From NCBI GenBank assembly GCA_965263035.1, contig OZ253580.1:1664001-1728000 (forward strand): a stretch of 64,000 nucleotides of DNA, read 5' to 3'. Position 1 is the stretch's first letter. Every line of letters starts with the position of its first letter. This document shows, in pieces, positions 30,091 through 40,184 of the stretch. The stretch is from Acidobacteriota bacterium. GTDB lineage: Bacteria > Acidobacteriota > UBA6911 > RPQK01 > JAJDTT01. Made by a program: the position numbers and the translations under genes. Below the pieces are notes generated by a model. It was not told the DNA's origin. It made no database searches and was given only the letters and a program-made list of their open reading frames with translations.

Positions 30091-30178
30091 GACGCTCCTT
30101 CGGCGGGGGGAGTCGAACTCCCCGTTAAATAGGTCGCATTCCACGTACAATGAAGCAGAACTAGTTGCCGGTAATTTG

Positions 30179-30194
30179 TGCAATACAAGTTCCA
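30179..30194 (-). promoter_or_regulatory. Candidate sigma-54 (-24/-12) promoter for the TonB receptor
   Basis: Minus strand TGGAAC-TTGTA-TTGCA fits TGGCAC-N5-TTGCW with correct GG/GC spacing, about 90 bp upstream of the ATG. Confidence 0.5.
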
Positions 30195-30417
30195 GCATCA
30201 GGACAGCCTTCGTTCACCTTCGCCAATTCGCTGACATGTATGGGGTTAGGAACTCCCCCGTACCCTTCGGCGGCGATGCGCGGACGGGATTCTGTCCAAA
30301 AAATTGGACTGAGAGCGCGATTGAGTCCGGATTCTTGGACTGAACCGGCTTTCCGCAGCGCTCTGCAAGGGGTCGCGAACACACTCACGGGAGGCAACGG
30401 ACGGCGGCTCCCGCGGT

Positions 30418-32055
30418 TCACTCCGCCGGGCGGGTGACGGTCAGGAATCGATCCACGGGGAGGTCTTCCAGGACCTGCTCTTTTCCGTCCGGCCACCGGA
30501 CCAGCAGGCGGTCGAGACGTTGGGCCGGCCCCAAGCCGAAGTGCAGACGCAGGTCGTTTTGTGAGAGGTAGCTCCCGCCGCTCCGAACTTCTCTCCTGAA
30601 CTTGCGGCCCGGGAGGACGGCCGTGACCCGCGCCCCGATGGCCGGTTCGTTGGGGCTCTTCCCCACCAGCCTCACCGTCAGCCAGTGTCCCCGTCGAAGC
30701 GTGTCGTTCCGCAGAATGGTCGGGGAATCGTCCACGTTGCTGACCACTACATCGATATCGCCGTCGTTGTCCAGATCGCCGAACGCAGCACCGCGGCTGG
30801 ACCTGGCCAACGCCAGGCCGTAGCTCACGGAATCCGGCTCCCGAAACCTTCCCGACCCCGTGTTGATGAACAACTGGTTGCGCTGCGCGTAGCGCTCGTC
30901 CCATTCCCGTTCTTCCACCTGGGGGTAGGTATGGCCGTTGGCCACGAAGAGGTCCTGGTCGCCATCGCTGTCGACGTCGAAGAATCGCGTGCCCCAGGCC
31001 ACGAAGGGGAAGCTCGGCCTTCCCAAACCGATCTGTGGGCTCACGTCGGAAAAGAGGGTCCCCCCCGTGCTTTTGTAGACGGCGTTGTACTCCCGCGAGA
31101 AGTTGGTCACCACGATATCCGGGTTCCCGTCCGCATCGACGTCGCCGATGTCCACACCCATGCAGGCCTGGGTCTGGCCGTCCCACCCGACGGCGACTCC
31201 GCTCAACAACCCGGCCTCTTCAAAACGTCCGTGTCCGCGGTTCCGGTAGAGGTAGTTCGGGGTCCGGTCGTTGGCGACGAAGAGGTCGAGATCCGCGTCG
31301 TTGTCGATATCGGTCCAGATGACGCCCAGGCCGTAGTACATCGCCGTGTCGGCGACGCCGGCCGCGTGGGAAACGTCCGTGAAGGTGCCGTCGCCGTTGT
31401 TGCGGTAGAGGAAATCGGGCGCCCCTTTGAGTCCCCGGGGGCCGCAACCCACCCGCAGCCCGTAGTAGTTGCACACCCGGTCCTTCCGGCTGGGATCCGT
31501 ATGTTCGACGGCGACGTAGTTGGCCACGAAGAGATCGAGATCCCCGTCGCCGTCGTAGTCGGCGAAGGCGGTCCCGGTGCTGAACAGGGGACACGAAACT
31601 CCGGCTCGTTGCGCGGCCTCGGTGAAGGTCCCGTCACCATTGTTGCGATAGAGCAGATTGGGTCCCAGATTGGTGATGTAGAGATCGAGGTTCCCGTCAC
31701 CGTCGTAGTCCCCCACACAGGCGCCCATGCTCCACCCTCGGAAGCCGACACCCGCCGATTCGGTGACGTCGGTGAACGAACCATCGCCGTTGTTGCGATA
31801 GAGCCGGTTGCCGAGTGTCGCGGACGGAACAGCGGCCGGACCCGTCAGCAGATAGATGTCGAGCCAACCGTCACGGTCGTAGTCCAGGAGGGCGACGCCG
31901 CTCCCGATCTGCTCGCGGATGTTGGTTTTCTCGGGAGAACCGGCGCCATGCCGCCACCGGATTCCGCTGGCGGCGGTCGCGTCGGTCAAGCGTACCTCCG
32001 GCCCGGGTCCAAGTCCGATCAGGAGGAAAAAAACTCCGAGGAATCCCATCGCCAC
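30418..32055 (-). CDS. CRTAC1 family protein (FG-GAP repeats + ASPIC/UnbV)
   Basis: GSGVALLDYDRDGWLDIY, repeated YRNNGDGTF, MGVDIGD, SRGAAFGDLDNDGDID, GGSYLSQNDLRLHFGLG. Confidence 0.92.
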   Translation of the reverse strand: MAMGFLGVFFLLIGLGPGPEVRLTDATAASGIRWRHGAGSPEKTNIREQIGSGVALLDYDRDGWLDIYLLTGPAAVPSATLGNRLYRNNGDGSFTDVTESAGVGFRGWSMGACVGDYDGDGNLDLYITNLGPNLLYRNNGDGTFTEAAQRAGVSCPLFSTGTAFADYDGDGDLDLFVANYVAVEHTDPSRKDRVCNYYGLRVGCGPRGLKGAPDFLYRNNGDGTFTDVSHAAGVADTAMYYGLGVIWTDIDNDADLDLFVANDRTPNYLYRNRGHGRFEEAGLLSGVAVGWDGQTQACMGVDIGDVDADGNPDIVVTNFSREYNAVYKSTGGTLFSDVSPQIGLGRPSFPFVAWGTRFFDVDSDGDQDLFVANGHTYPQVEEREWDERYAQRNQLFINTGSGRFREPDSVSYGLALARSSRGAAFGDLDNDGDIDVVVSNVDDSPTILRNDTLRRGHWLTVRLVGKSPNEPAIGARVTAVLPGRKFRREVRSGGSYLSQNDLRLHFGLGPAQRLDRLLVRWPDGKEQVLEDLPVDRFLTVTRPAE

Positions 32056-32317
32056 AGCTAAACTATCGGCTGCCCCGAGTAGTTTCGTCTATTCCGAATC
32101 CGGAAACCACCCGGATCTCCAACGGCACTCTTTCCTTTTCAAGCGGCTTCCTGCACAATTTAGAAAACTATAGTGGATGCCGATCTACTGACAAAGCGAG
32201 TTTTTGCAAACCAGCGGCCCGAATGATTCGCAACACAAATATAAATAAGTGTGAATATATCAATATATTCGTGCCGAATCATAATGCCACGCTCGTCACA
32301 TGCCGGAGGGAAATCGT

Positions 32318-33541
32318 ATGGACTCCAAGTTGCCGACACTCAATCGCAGGGACTGCCTGAAGACACTTTCTCTGGCGGCGTTCGCCGGAACCGCGGCCGG
32401 CGCCCTCTCGGCTTGCCGGCGGGATGGACTCGGAGTCCCGGAGTGGGTCACCTATCCGGAAGAGGAATGGGTGAAGATCGATCCGGCCGACGCGGGTCTG
32501 GACGCGGGACGAATGGACCGCATCTTCGCCGCCGCCGACATTCACCCGGGAGGCTTCGGCGGCACCGCTCCCGGCGATGAGGAATGGGGCGCCGTCCTGA
32601 CTCGCGGGGGCTACCTCGTCTATTCCTTCGGCGATCCAACCTACAAGACGCAGTCGGCGTCGTTGGGGAAATGTCTCGTCCGCGCCCTACTGGGGTTGGC
32701 GGTGGATGACGGCCTGGTCGACCCGGACGAACCCATCTGGAAGACCTGGACCGGGCGGGATGAGCTGTCGCATCCCCACAAGTACCTGGATCAAGGGCAT
32801 CACAAGACCCTCACCTGGCGGAAACTGGTCAACCACCGGGGAGGATTCATCCTGGAGAGCGGTTACCACTGGCGGAACAAGCCGGGAGAGCGGGACCCGG
32901 AAGTCGCGGCGCATTGGATCCACGGCACCATTCCGGACTGGGCGAAATGGACCGGCGACCCGATCCATGACAACTATTCCCATACGGAACCGGGTACCGT
33001 CACTCGATACAGCAGCGGAGGCTACGTGAGGCTGGGCCAGGCGTTGACCGCCCTCTGGGACCGGGATCTCAAGGAAGTCATCGACGAGCGGTTGTTCAGC
33101 CGCATGGGGATCCCTCCCGACCGATGGGAATGGAAGCCCGGCAAGGTGCTGCAGGACACGAAGGGCTTCTATCCCGCCATTCCCCACTACGGCGAGTACG
33201 TCGATCCGCCTTACGAGATCAACGGGAACGTGGTTCGGGGCGGTCCCGGCTGGTTCCTGATCAGTTCGGAAGACCTGGCCCGCTTCGGCCTGTTGATCGC
33301 AACCCGGGGGATCTGGCGCGGCGAACGGCTCATCAGTCCCGAGTGGCTCCGGGGTCATGCCGGATTGGACATCCACGTGACGGGCGGCGATCCCGACACC
33401 TATGTCTCACTGGGCAAGACGAACACGAAGAACTTCCCCTTCGGGAGAGAGGTCGGCGCCCGGGGGTATTTCTCCTTTCCCAAGGATCTCGTCACGGGCC
33501 CGGTCTCGCCGCCTCAGGCATCGTCCTATAGTGCATACTGA
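32318..33541 (+). CDS. Beta-lactamase-fold serine hydrolase, Tat lipoprotein
   Basis: GGAGGG RBS; NRRDCLK...LSA-C; SxxK (SLGK), YSS, DLARFGLL...GIWRGERLIS, HAG. Confidence 0.78.
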   Translation: MDSKLPTLNRRDCLKTLSLAAFAGTAAGALSACRRDGLGVPEWVTYPEEEWVKIDPADAGLDAGRMDRIFAAADIHPGGFGGTAPGDEEWGAVLTRGGYLVYSFGDPTYKTQSASLGKCLVRALLGLAVDDGLVDPDEPIWKTWTGRDELSHPHKYLDQGHHKTLTWRKLVNHRGGFILESGYHWRNKPGERDPEVAAHWIHGTIPDWAKWTGDPIHDNYSHTEPGTVTRYSSGGYVRLGQALTALWDRDLKEVIDERLFSRMGIPPDRWEWKPGKVLQDTKGFYPAIPHYGEYVDPPYEINGNVVRGGPGWFLISSEDLARFGLLIATRGIWRGERLISPEWLRGHAGLDIHVTGGDPDTYVSLGKTNTKNFPFGREVGARGYFSFPKDLVTGPVSPPQASSYSAY

Positions 33542-33633
33542 AATAAATAAGATAACTATTGATATAAAATAAGTTATAATGAAATAATTTATTTTATAAA
33601 TGTTATTGATGCCCGTTTGTTAGATAAAATTCA

Positions 33634-35781
33634 TTGGTGGAGAAAATATATATGGAATCAGGCAACAATACTTGTATATACTGGACCCTCACGAAACGCA
33701 AGGAGTGCGCCCGGCCCCTATTTATTGCACTAATTCTGCTTTTCCTGTCCCCCTCAATCGTTCATTCAAAAGGAAAGATGTCTGAACCAAAATATAAAAA
33801 CAATCTTAAAGTGGAATTCGTACGGGTTCCCATGCGGGACGGCGTCGAGCTGGCGGCCAAGATCGTGCGGCCCGACGCCGAAGGCCGGTTTCCCGGGGTC
33901 ATGATGTACTACCCGTATCGTTTTCTGAACGACTCGGAGGACCTGGGCTTCCCCTGGCCCGTCGGGCCCACCCCCTACCTGGCGGCGAGGGGCTATGCGG
34001 TCGTGCAGTACGAAGTCCGCGGGACCGGAAATTCGGGGGGCTGGACGAAAGACATCTACTCCGCCGACGAGAGGCGGGACGGTTACGAGATGGTGGAGTG
34101 GATCGCCGACCAACCCTGGTGCAACGGCAACGTGGGCATGATGGGGATCTCCTATGGAGGAGTGGTGCAGTGGCAGGTCGCGGTGCAGGCGCCTCCCAGT
34201 CTGAAGGCCATCATCGTCCGCTCCGCCAACGACGACGTCTACACCGAGTGGACCTACCCCGGCGGTGTCCTCCGGCCGTACATGTTCGACACCTTCTCGC
34301 CCCTGATGACGGCATCCAACCTGCTGCCGCCCAATCCGGACATCACCGGCCCCAAGTGGAGCGAAATCTGGCAGGAACGGCTGCAGAAGAGCGAGCCCTG
34401 GGGGATCGGATACATCTCCAACCAGCAGCAAGGTCCGTACTGGCAGGACCGTTCGTTGTCGAAGGATTTCAACCGGGTCAAATGCGCCGTCTACGTCATC
34501 GGGGGCTGGTCCGACTGCTATCCCACCGCGCTGCTGCGGGCCTACTCGAACTTGAAGGTTCCCAAACGGGCGCTGATCGGTCCCTGGGGACACTGGTGGC
34601 CGGAAGTGGAACGGGCGGTTCCCGGGCCCAGGATCCAGGGCGGCATCGAGTACGTGAAGTGGTTCGACTACTGGCTCAAGGGGATCGACAACGGCGTCAT
34701 GGACGAACCGCCGGTGACCATCTTCGTCAAGAAGTACAAGAAACCTTCCGCCCGGATGTATGTGGAGGAACCCGGGTCCTGGCGGTCGGAGCGGGAATGG
34801 CCCATCGCCCGCACCCGACCGACGCCGCTCTACTTCCATGCCGACGGCCGGCTGAGCCGCGAAGAAGACGCCACCGAAGGGCGCGACGAGTATGAATACA
34901 ACCCGATCGCGGGACTCACGTCGGGGATGCACTGGGGCGGCGGTGTCCTCCCCTGGGGAATGCCCATCGATCAGCGGTTGGACGAAGCCTTCTCCGTGAC
35001 CTATACGACACCCCCGCTGGAAGCGGAACTGGAAGTGACGGGAACCCCCACGGCGGTGCTCAACATCTCCTCCAGTGCCGAGGTCGCCTATTTCCGGGTG
35101 AAGCTCATAGACGTGGCTCCCGACGGGACGTCCAAGCTGGTCCGTTACGGGGGACTCAATGCGACTCACCGCAACTCGCACTTCGAGCCCGAACCCTTGG
35201 AGCCGGGACGAACCCACGAGATCAAGGTCGAGTTGAAGACGATTTCCTACGTCTACGCTCCGGGACACCGGATCCGGGTGGCCGTCACCAGCGCCGACAT
35301 CCAGAACGCGTGGCCGACGGCACAGAGCGCCACCAACACCATCCACCGAGGAGGGAGTTTTCCGTCCCGGATCATCCTCCCCGCGATTCCGCGGCAGAGT
35401 CCGAGCCTCCCGCCGCCCGATCTGAAAATCCTGCCCTCTGCCGATCCGGATATCCTCGCCAAGCCCACGGAATACTCCATCACCCGCGACCTGGTGAACG
35501 AGACCGCAACGGTCCGGTTGTCCGTGGACGATCGGGAGTACGGCCGGCTCATCGAGTCCAGCTTCACGGTGTCGTCGAAAGAACCCGCCAACGCCGTGCT
35601 CAAGGCCCGCTCCATCCGGTCGATGAACCGCCCCGACATGGAGATTCAGGTGGAGGCGAACGAGGTCACCACGAGCGACCGGTCCGCCTTTCACCATGTG
35701 GGCCAGGTCGAGGTCCGGGTCAACGGCAAGCGTCACACCAACAAGAGCTGGTCCGTGACCGTGCCCAGGAAACTGAACTGA
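33634..35781 (+). CDS. CocE/NonD family hydrolase with C-terminal extension
   Basis: VPMRDGVELA, YYPY, GISYGG, GPWGHWW; close paralogue of 2604..4682. True start uncertain in the AT-rich leader. Confidence 0.92.
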   Translation: MVEKIYMESGNNTCIYWTLTKRKECARPLFIALILLFLSPSIVHSKGKMSEPKYKNNLKVEFVRVPMRDGVELAAKIVRPDAEGRFPGVMMYYPYRFLNDSEDLGFPWPVGPTPYLAARGYAVVQYEVRGTGNSGGWTKDIYSADERRDGYEMVEWIADQPWCNGNVGMMGISYGGVVQWQVAVQAPPSLKAIIVRSANDDVYTEWTYPGGVLRPYMFDTFSPLMTASNLLPPNPDITGPKWSEIWQERLQKSEPWGIGYISNQQQGPYWQDRSLSKDFNRVKCAVYVIGGWSDCYPTALLRAYSNLKVPKRALIGPWGHWWPEVERAVPGPRIQGGIEYVKWFDYWLKGIDNGVMDEPPVTIFVKKYKKPSARMYVEEPGSWRSEREWPIARTRPTPLYFHADGRLSREEDATEGRDEYEYNPIAGLTSGMHWGGGVLPWGMPIDQRLDEAFSVTYTTPPLEAELEVTGTPTAVLNISSSAEVAYFRVKLIDVAPDGTSKLVRYGGLNATHRNSHFEPEPLEPGRTHEIKVELKTISYVYAPGHRIRVAVTSADIQNAWPTAQSATNTIHRGGSFPSRIILPAIPRQSPSLPPPDLKILPSADPDILAKPTEYSITRDLVNETATVRLSVDDREYGRLIESSFTVSSKEPANAVLKARSIRSMNRPDMEIQVEANEVTTSDRSAFHHVGQVEVRVNGKRHTNKSWSVTVPRKLN

Positions 35782-35787
35782 GCCCAG

Positions 35788-35946
35788 GAGCCTGCGCCGC
35801 AGAAATTGATCTACTGCGAAAGCGGTAGAATCGGTCCATATTTCCTCGATTTCTCGGCGAATAGAACAACTATGCACCTCAAAATCGAGAAAATCTGGCC
35901 TCGATTCCCCACTTTCTCGCTACGATCATTTCTACCGCGCAGACTC
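35788..35946. mobile_element. MITE family B, copy 1
   Basis: TIRs GAGCCTGCGCCGCAGAAAT / ATTTCTACCGCGCAGACTC (16 of 19 match); flanks CCAG and CTAG; highly similar copy at 63496..63662. Confidence 0.85.
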
Positions 35947-35950
35947 CTAG

Positions 35951-36060
35951 GAGGCTGTCCGAGAATGCGATTTTCGTCCAAAATCTACAGATATAAGTTA
36001 TTGATTTATAAGAAGATAGGTTTTTCGGGATCGTGATTTTTCGAGTTCTCGGACAGCCTC
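35951..36060. mobile_element. MITE family C (110 bp), CTAG-flanked, AT-rich core
   Basis: Perfect 15-bp TIR GAGGCTGTCCGAGAA / TTCTCGGACAGCCTC; CTAG at 35947-35950 and 36061-36064; internal match to the IHF consensus. Confidence 0.82.
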
Positions 36061-36143
36061 CTAGGTCTCGCTCTGTTTTCCGGTTCCGGCCATTGCGGGA
36101 TCATCTGTATTGAAACTTCGTTCGTTCGGCGAAGGAATCCCTG

Positions 36144-38474
36144 ATGCGAAGCGGATTATTCAGTGTCTTGTCCATTCTCCTGTTTGCCAGCCAGGCCAGT
36201 CTGACGGTTCACTCGTCCCCTCCGAGTGAAAGGTCCCGGACGGCTCTGATGGGATACGCCGACCGCTTGAGCGTCCAGCCAGGCCAGTTGGTTCGCTTCA
36301 TGGTCAGTTGCGACTTTGCGGAATATCGAGCCGACATCGTTCGACTCATCCACGGTGACATCAATCCAAAGGGGCCCGGATTCAAGGAGGAACTCATTCA
36401 CACTCGGGTCAGCGGAGAATACCCGGGTCGACGTCAGGATCTCCGCGCCGGATCGCACGTCACCGTCCCCGACAGCCCTTCTCTTCGCCTGACTGGAAGC
36501 CTGACGCTTCAGGCGTGGATCGCCTCGAGCACACCCCAAAAAGGCGTCCAGGGCATTATCACCAAGTGGTCTCCGGCGGACCGCGCCGGCTATGGATTGT
36601 TTCTGGACCAGGATGGCAGCCTCTCCCTCTGGCTCTACGACGGCCAAGGCAGGCTCGTCAAGGTCAGAACGGGACGGCCTCTTCGTGCTTCGATTCCGGC
36701 CAGTTCAACCCGTCGCGGGGACAAGTCCACTGGAACCCGGATGCACCAGATGGTCAATCAGACCGACTGGTATTTTGTAGCCGCCACGTTCGAATCGGAA
36801 ACCGGCAAAGTCGTCCTCTACCAGGAACCGGTAATCTCCTGGCCGCTGGAGGACACCCGCAGCTTGACCGCACAGGAGACTTCGGCCCGCTCCGTGGGCA
36901 GCAGCCGAGCCGACCTCTTGCTGGCAGGCTACCGGACGGAAGATGCAGTCGAAAGCGTGTTCAACGGCAAGCTCGAGAGCCCCAAGATCTTCGACCGCGC
37001 TCTCAACCACCAGGAGATCGAGGCTCTCAAGGAGGGACGAGAAGTAGCGAATCCGGTGGCTGCCTGGGACTTCTCGCAGAGGATCTCCTCCCGCGATGTA
37101 ATGGATACCTCCTCCAATCAACTGCACGGCAAAACGGTGCAGATGCCGACTCGGGCCGTGACCGGCCACAATTGGACCGGCGCGGAGACGAACTTCAGAC
37201 TGGCCCCCGAACAATATGGCGCCATTTATTTTCACGACGACGATCTGGACGACGCCGGGTGGGAGGTCGATTTCGAGTTCAGGGCACCGGCCAACCTTGG
37301 AAGCGGTGTCTACGCCGCCCGGTTGCAGTCCGGAACTGCGGAGGACTACATTCCCTTCTTTGTCCGGCCCGCGCCGGGAACGACGACCGCACCCATCGCC
37401 CTCTTGATGCCCACCTTCAGCTACCTGGCCTACGGCGCTTCCGGATCCCCTGTGTTGAGTCTCTACAGCTTTCACTCTGACGGAAGCGGCGTCTGCCATG
37501 TCTCTTCACGTCGTCCGATTCTGAACCTGCGCCCCAAGGTCGTGGAGAACTGGCAGGGAATCGATCTGGTGCATATGTTCAACGCCGATCTTCATCTGGT
37601 GGACTGGCTGGAAGCCAAAGGATTCCAATATGACGTCATCACCGACGGGGACCTCCATGATGAGGGGGAAGGACTGCTGTCCCCGTACAAGGTCGTCATC
37701 ACCGGCTCCCACCCTGAATACTGGTCCGAGCAGATGCTGGATGGACTGCAGGACTATCTGTCCCAGGGCGGCCGGCTCATGTATCTGGGCGGCAACGGTT
37801 TCTACTGGGTGACTTCGGTCGACCCCGTCGGAGGGCACACCCTCGAGGTCCGGCGCAAGGACGGGACCCAAATGTGGGAGGCTGCGCCAGGAGAGTACTA
37901 CCACAGCACCACCGGAGAACTCGGAGGTCTCTGGCGTTTTCGGGGCCGGCCTCCGCAGAAGCTGGTAGGGGTCGGATTCACTTCCGTATCCGCACTTCGG
38001 CCGGAGCCGGGAAGACCGTTTCGGCGGCAGCCCGGCAGTTTCGACCCGCGCGTGGCCTTCATCTTCGAGGGTATTGGACCCGACGAGGTGATCGGAGACT
38101 TCCCTTCACTCCTAATTTATGGGGATTACGGTGCTGGCGGATTCGAGCTTGACCGAATGGACTATCGGCTCGGGACCCCGCCTCACACACTCCTGCTGGC
38201 GACCGCCTCAGGCTACTCCGATGCCTATCAGCACGTCGTGGAGGAGGTCATGCAAGCGGACTCGATGCAATCCGGGTCCGTCAACCCCTGGGTCCGATCG
38301 GACATGGTCTACTTCGAGCATCCCAATGGGGGATCTGTCTTCTCGGTCGGTTCAATTGCCTGGGATGCCAGCCTGTCCTACAACGAGTATGAAAACAACG
38401 TCTCGCGCATCACCGAGAATGTCCTGACGAAGTTCGCCTCGGACGAACGGTCTCCTGAAGACAACTCGAATTAA
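36144..38474 (+). CDS. N,N-dimethylformamidase beta (large) subunit family protein with LamG insert and signal peptide
   Basis: GYADRLSV, RLIHGD.NP.GPG, LamG segment, AIYFHDDDL.DAGW, SGVYAARL, SYLAY, SLY..HSDGSG, HPEYWS, YLGGNGFYW, GFELD. Confidence 0.88.
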   Translation: MRSGLFSVLSILLFASQASLTVHSSPPSERSRTALMGYADRLSVQPGQLVRFMVSCDFAEYRADIVRLIHGDINPKGPGFKEELIHTRVSGEYPGRRQDLRAGSHVTVPDSPSLRLTGSLTLQAWIASSTPQKGVQGIITKWSPADRAGYGLFLDQDGSLSLWLYDGQGRLVKVRTGRPLRASIPASSTRRGDKSTGTRMHQMVNQTDWYFVAATFESETGKVVLYQEPVISWPLEDTRSLTAQETSARSVGSSRADLLLAGYRTEDAVESVFNGKLESPKIFDRALNHQEIEALKEGREVANPVAAWDFSQRISSRDVMDTSSNQLHGKTVQMPTRAVTGHNWTGAETNFRLAPEQYGAIYFHDDDLDDAGWEVDFEFRAPANLGSGVYAARLQSGTAEDYIPFFVRPAPGTTTAPIALLMPTFSYLAYGASGSPVLSLYSFHSDGSGVCHVSSRRPILNLRPKVVENWQGIDLVHMFNADLHLVDWLEAKGFQYDVITDGDLHDEGEGLLSPYKVVITGSHPEYWSEQMLDGLQDYLSQGGRLMYLGGNGFYWVTSVDPVGGHTLEVRRKDGTQMWEAAPGEYYHSTTGELGGLWRFRGRPPQKLVGVGFTSVSALRPEPGRPFRRQPGSFDPRVAFIFEGIGPDEVIGDFPSLLIYGDYGAGGFELDRMDYRLGTPPHTLLLATASGYSDAYQHVVEEVMQADSMQSGSVNPWVRSDMVYFEHPNGGSVFSVGSIAWDASLSYNEYENNVSRITENVLTKFASDERSPEDNSN

Positions 38475-38561
38475 TCTTCCAACCCCCCTTACCGGCCCAG
38501 CCCAGAAAGAAACCAGAGTTACGCCTATGCACCATGCGCAATATGAGGCTAACGGGCACGA

Positions 38562-40092
38562 CTAGTTCCCGAGCGCATTCTCACTCCGTCGAGACCTCAA
38601 GGTTTCGAGCATGTCGAGTAACTTGCCCACGACCTTGCGCTCGGCCTGGGCTTCCAGATAGCTGTGTTCGCCCCGCCAAGTTTCGAAACCGCCCAGCGCG
38701 TGGTGTCTGGGCGGAGGAAGATAACTTCTTCCGCCCGCCAGGGAAATCGTGAACGTGGTCCCGAAAGGGCTCTCCTGCTTCAACTCCAGACCGGTCTCCG
38801 CAAAGACTTCATTGGGGATGGCGAGGATCGCCAAATCGCCAATTCGGACGACCTGCAACGGCCGCGTGAGCGTCTCCGGATATTGGCTCAACAGGGTCGT
38901 TTCCAATGCGAAGTACTTCTTCAGCGCCTGGTTCCTGTTGCCAGGGGAGATCTTGAGCGGATACTCGGTTTGGTCCACGATTCTCTTGGCCTGCTCGACT
39001 TCACCTGGACTGGGAAGGCGGACCCCCAGCTCCAAATCGGCGTTGATCACGTCCAGCGATACCCAGTCCTGGTACTCAAGGGTTTGATGGATTCGAAAGA
39101 CTTCGGCGGCCACTGCTCCGGCGATCCGATCCACCCAATGATACCGGTCAGCCTGGGGGAGGCGCCGCCGGAGGTTTCTCCAGCCGACATCGCCACTCGT
39201 GCCATTGGAGAGTATTCCCACGAACGGCGGGTCCTGACGCTGGACCTCCATCAGACGCTCCAAGTGATCGGCGAAGGCTCCGAAGTAGTCGGAAGAAACG
39301 TGGCCCACCGGAACTCCCACGTAGTGCAACGAATAGTTGGCGAGGAGAGCGATCGGTTGACCTTCCAGCGAATGGACCGCAACAAATGAGACGTCCGGGT
39401 CGACTGGACCGGCCGGCTCCAGCAGGTCGGGACTGCCTGCCGGTGGGTGCATCACAACCTGATCGATTCCACCCAGGGGATTGTGCACAATGGTTCCAGG
39501 CTTCATCTTCCATCTGCGATTGAAGACGAACTCGGGAACCTTGCCCACACCCCAACCGATCCGGGCCGGCACCAGATGGTTGATGGCAAGCTGAACCCCG
39601 TCGGCGATCTTCACCTTGAGGAGCCGCAGGTAATTCTCATCCGGCTCCATCTGGTTGGCCTTGACCACCGCCGGAGCAGAATGTGTGTGGGTCGCCGACA
39701 TCAGCAAGCTTTCGACAGGGATGCCGGTTCGCTGATGGGTCAGTTGCTTGATCTCCAGCCAGAGCTGCTGGGAAATAATCGTGTTGTCGACGACGACGAT
39801 CGCCAGTCGCGTCTCGCCGTCGTCCAGGACGAGGCAACGAGCCTTCAACTCATCGTGAATGTGTTCCGCTCGCCGGTCATGGAGCGCGCCGGCCAGGGAA
39901 ATTCCCAGCCACGGCGTGATATTGCTGGTGGCGGCTCCGGCCTGGAACTGTCTGGCCGGCTGCGCTGCAACGAGTTGGTGGGGCTGAAACCAACAAGTGA
40001 CTGACAGAGCTACGCCCGCCAGGAATAGAGATTGCCACGGCGTTCCGCGAAGCCCTTTCGCCGATAACCTACCTGCTCCCATTGCGACCATG
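38562..40092 (-). CDS. Neutral/alkaline ceramidase-like amidohydrolase, exported
   Basis: AGAATSNITP, HDELKARCLVLDDG, SATHTHSAP, FNRR, GPVDP, NYSLHY, SSDYFG, NGTSGD, PNEVF, YLPP. Start uncertain. Confidence 0.8.
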
Positions 40093-40184
40093 CGCTGTCC
40101 TCCAGGCCAAACCATGAACCGACAAATCCGCTGACCACAGGGCAACGGAGCCCAAGATCGAAACTGTCGCCAGCTCTATCCTCG

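Noticed and set aside
30100-30125. Riboswitch or terminator in the TBDR leader (GGGGGAGTCGAACTCCCC hairpin)
   Set aside because: A single hairpin without a U-tract or recognisable aptamer motifs; may be a degenerate REP.
32318-33541. Antibiotic-resistance beta-lactamase
   Set aside because: YSS and HAG replace the YxN and KTG motifs; more likely a general serine hydrolase.
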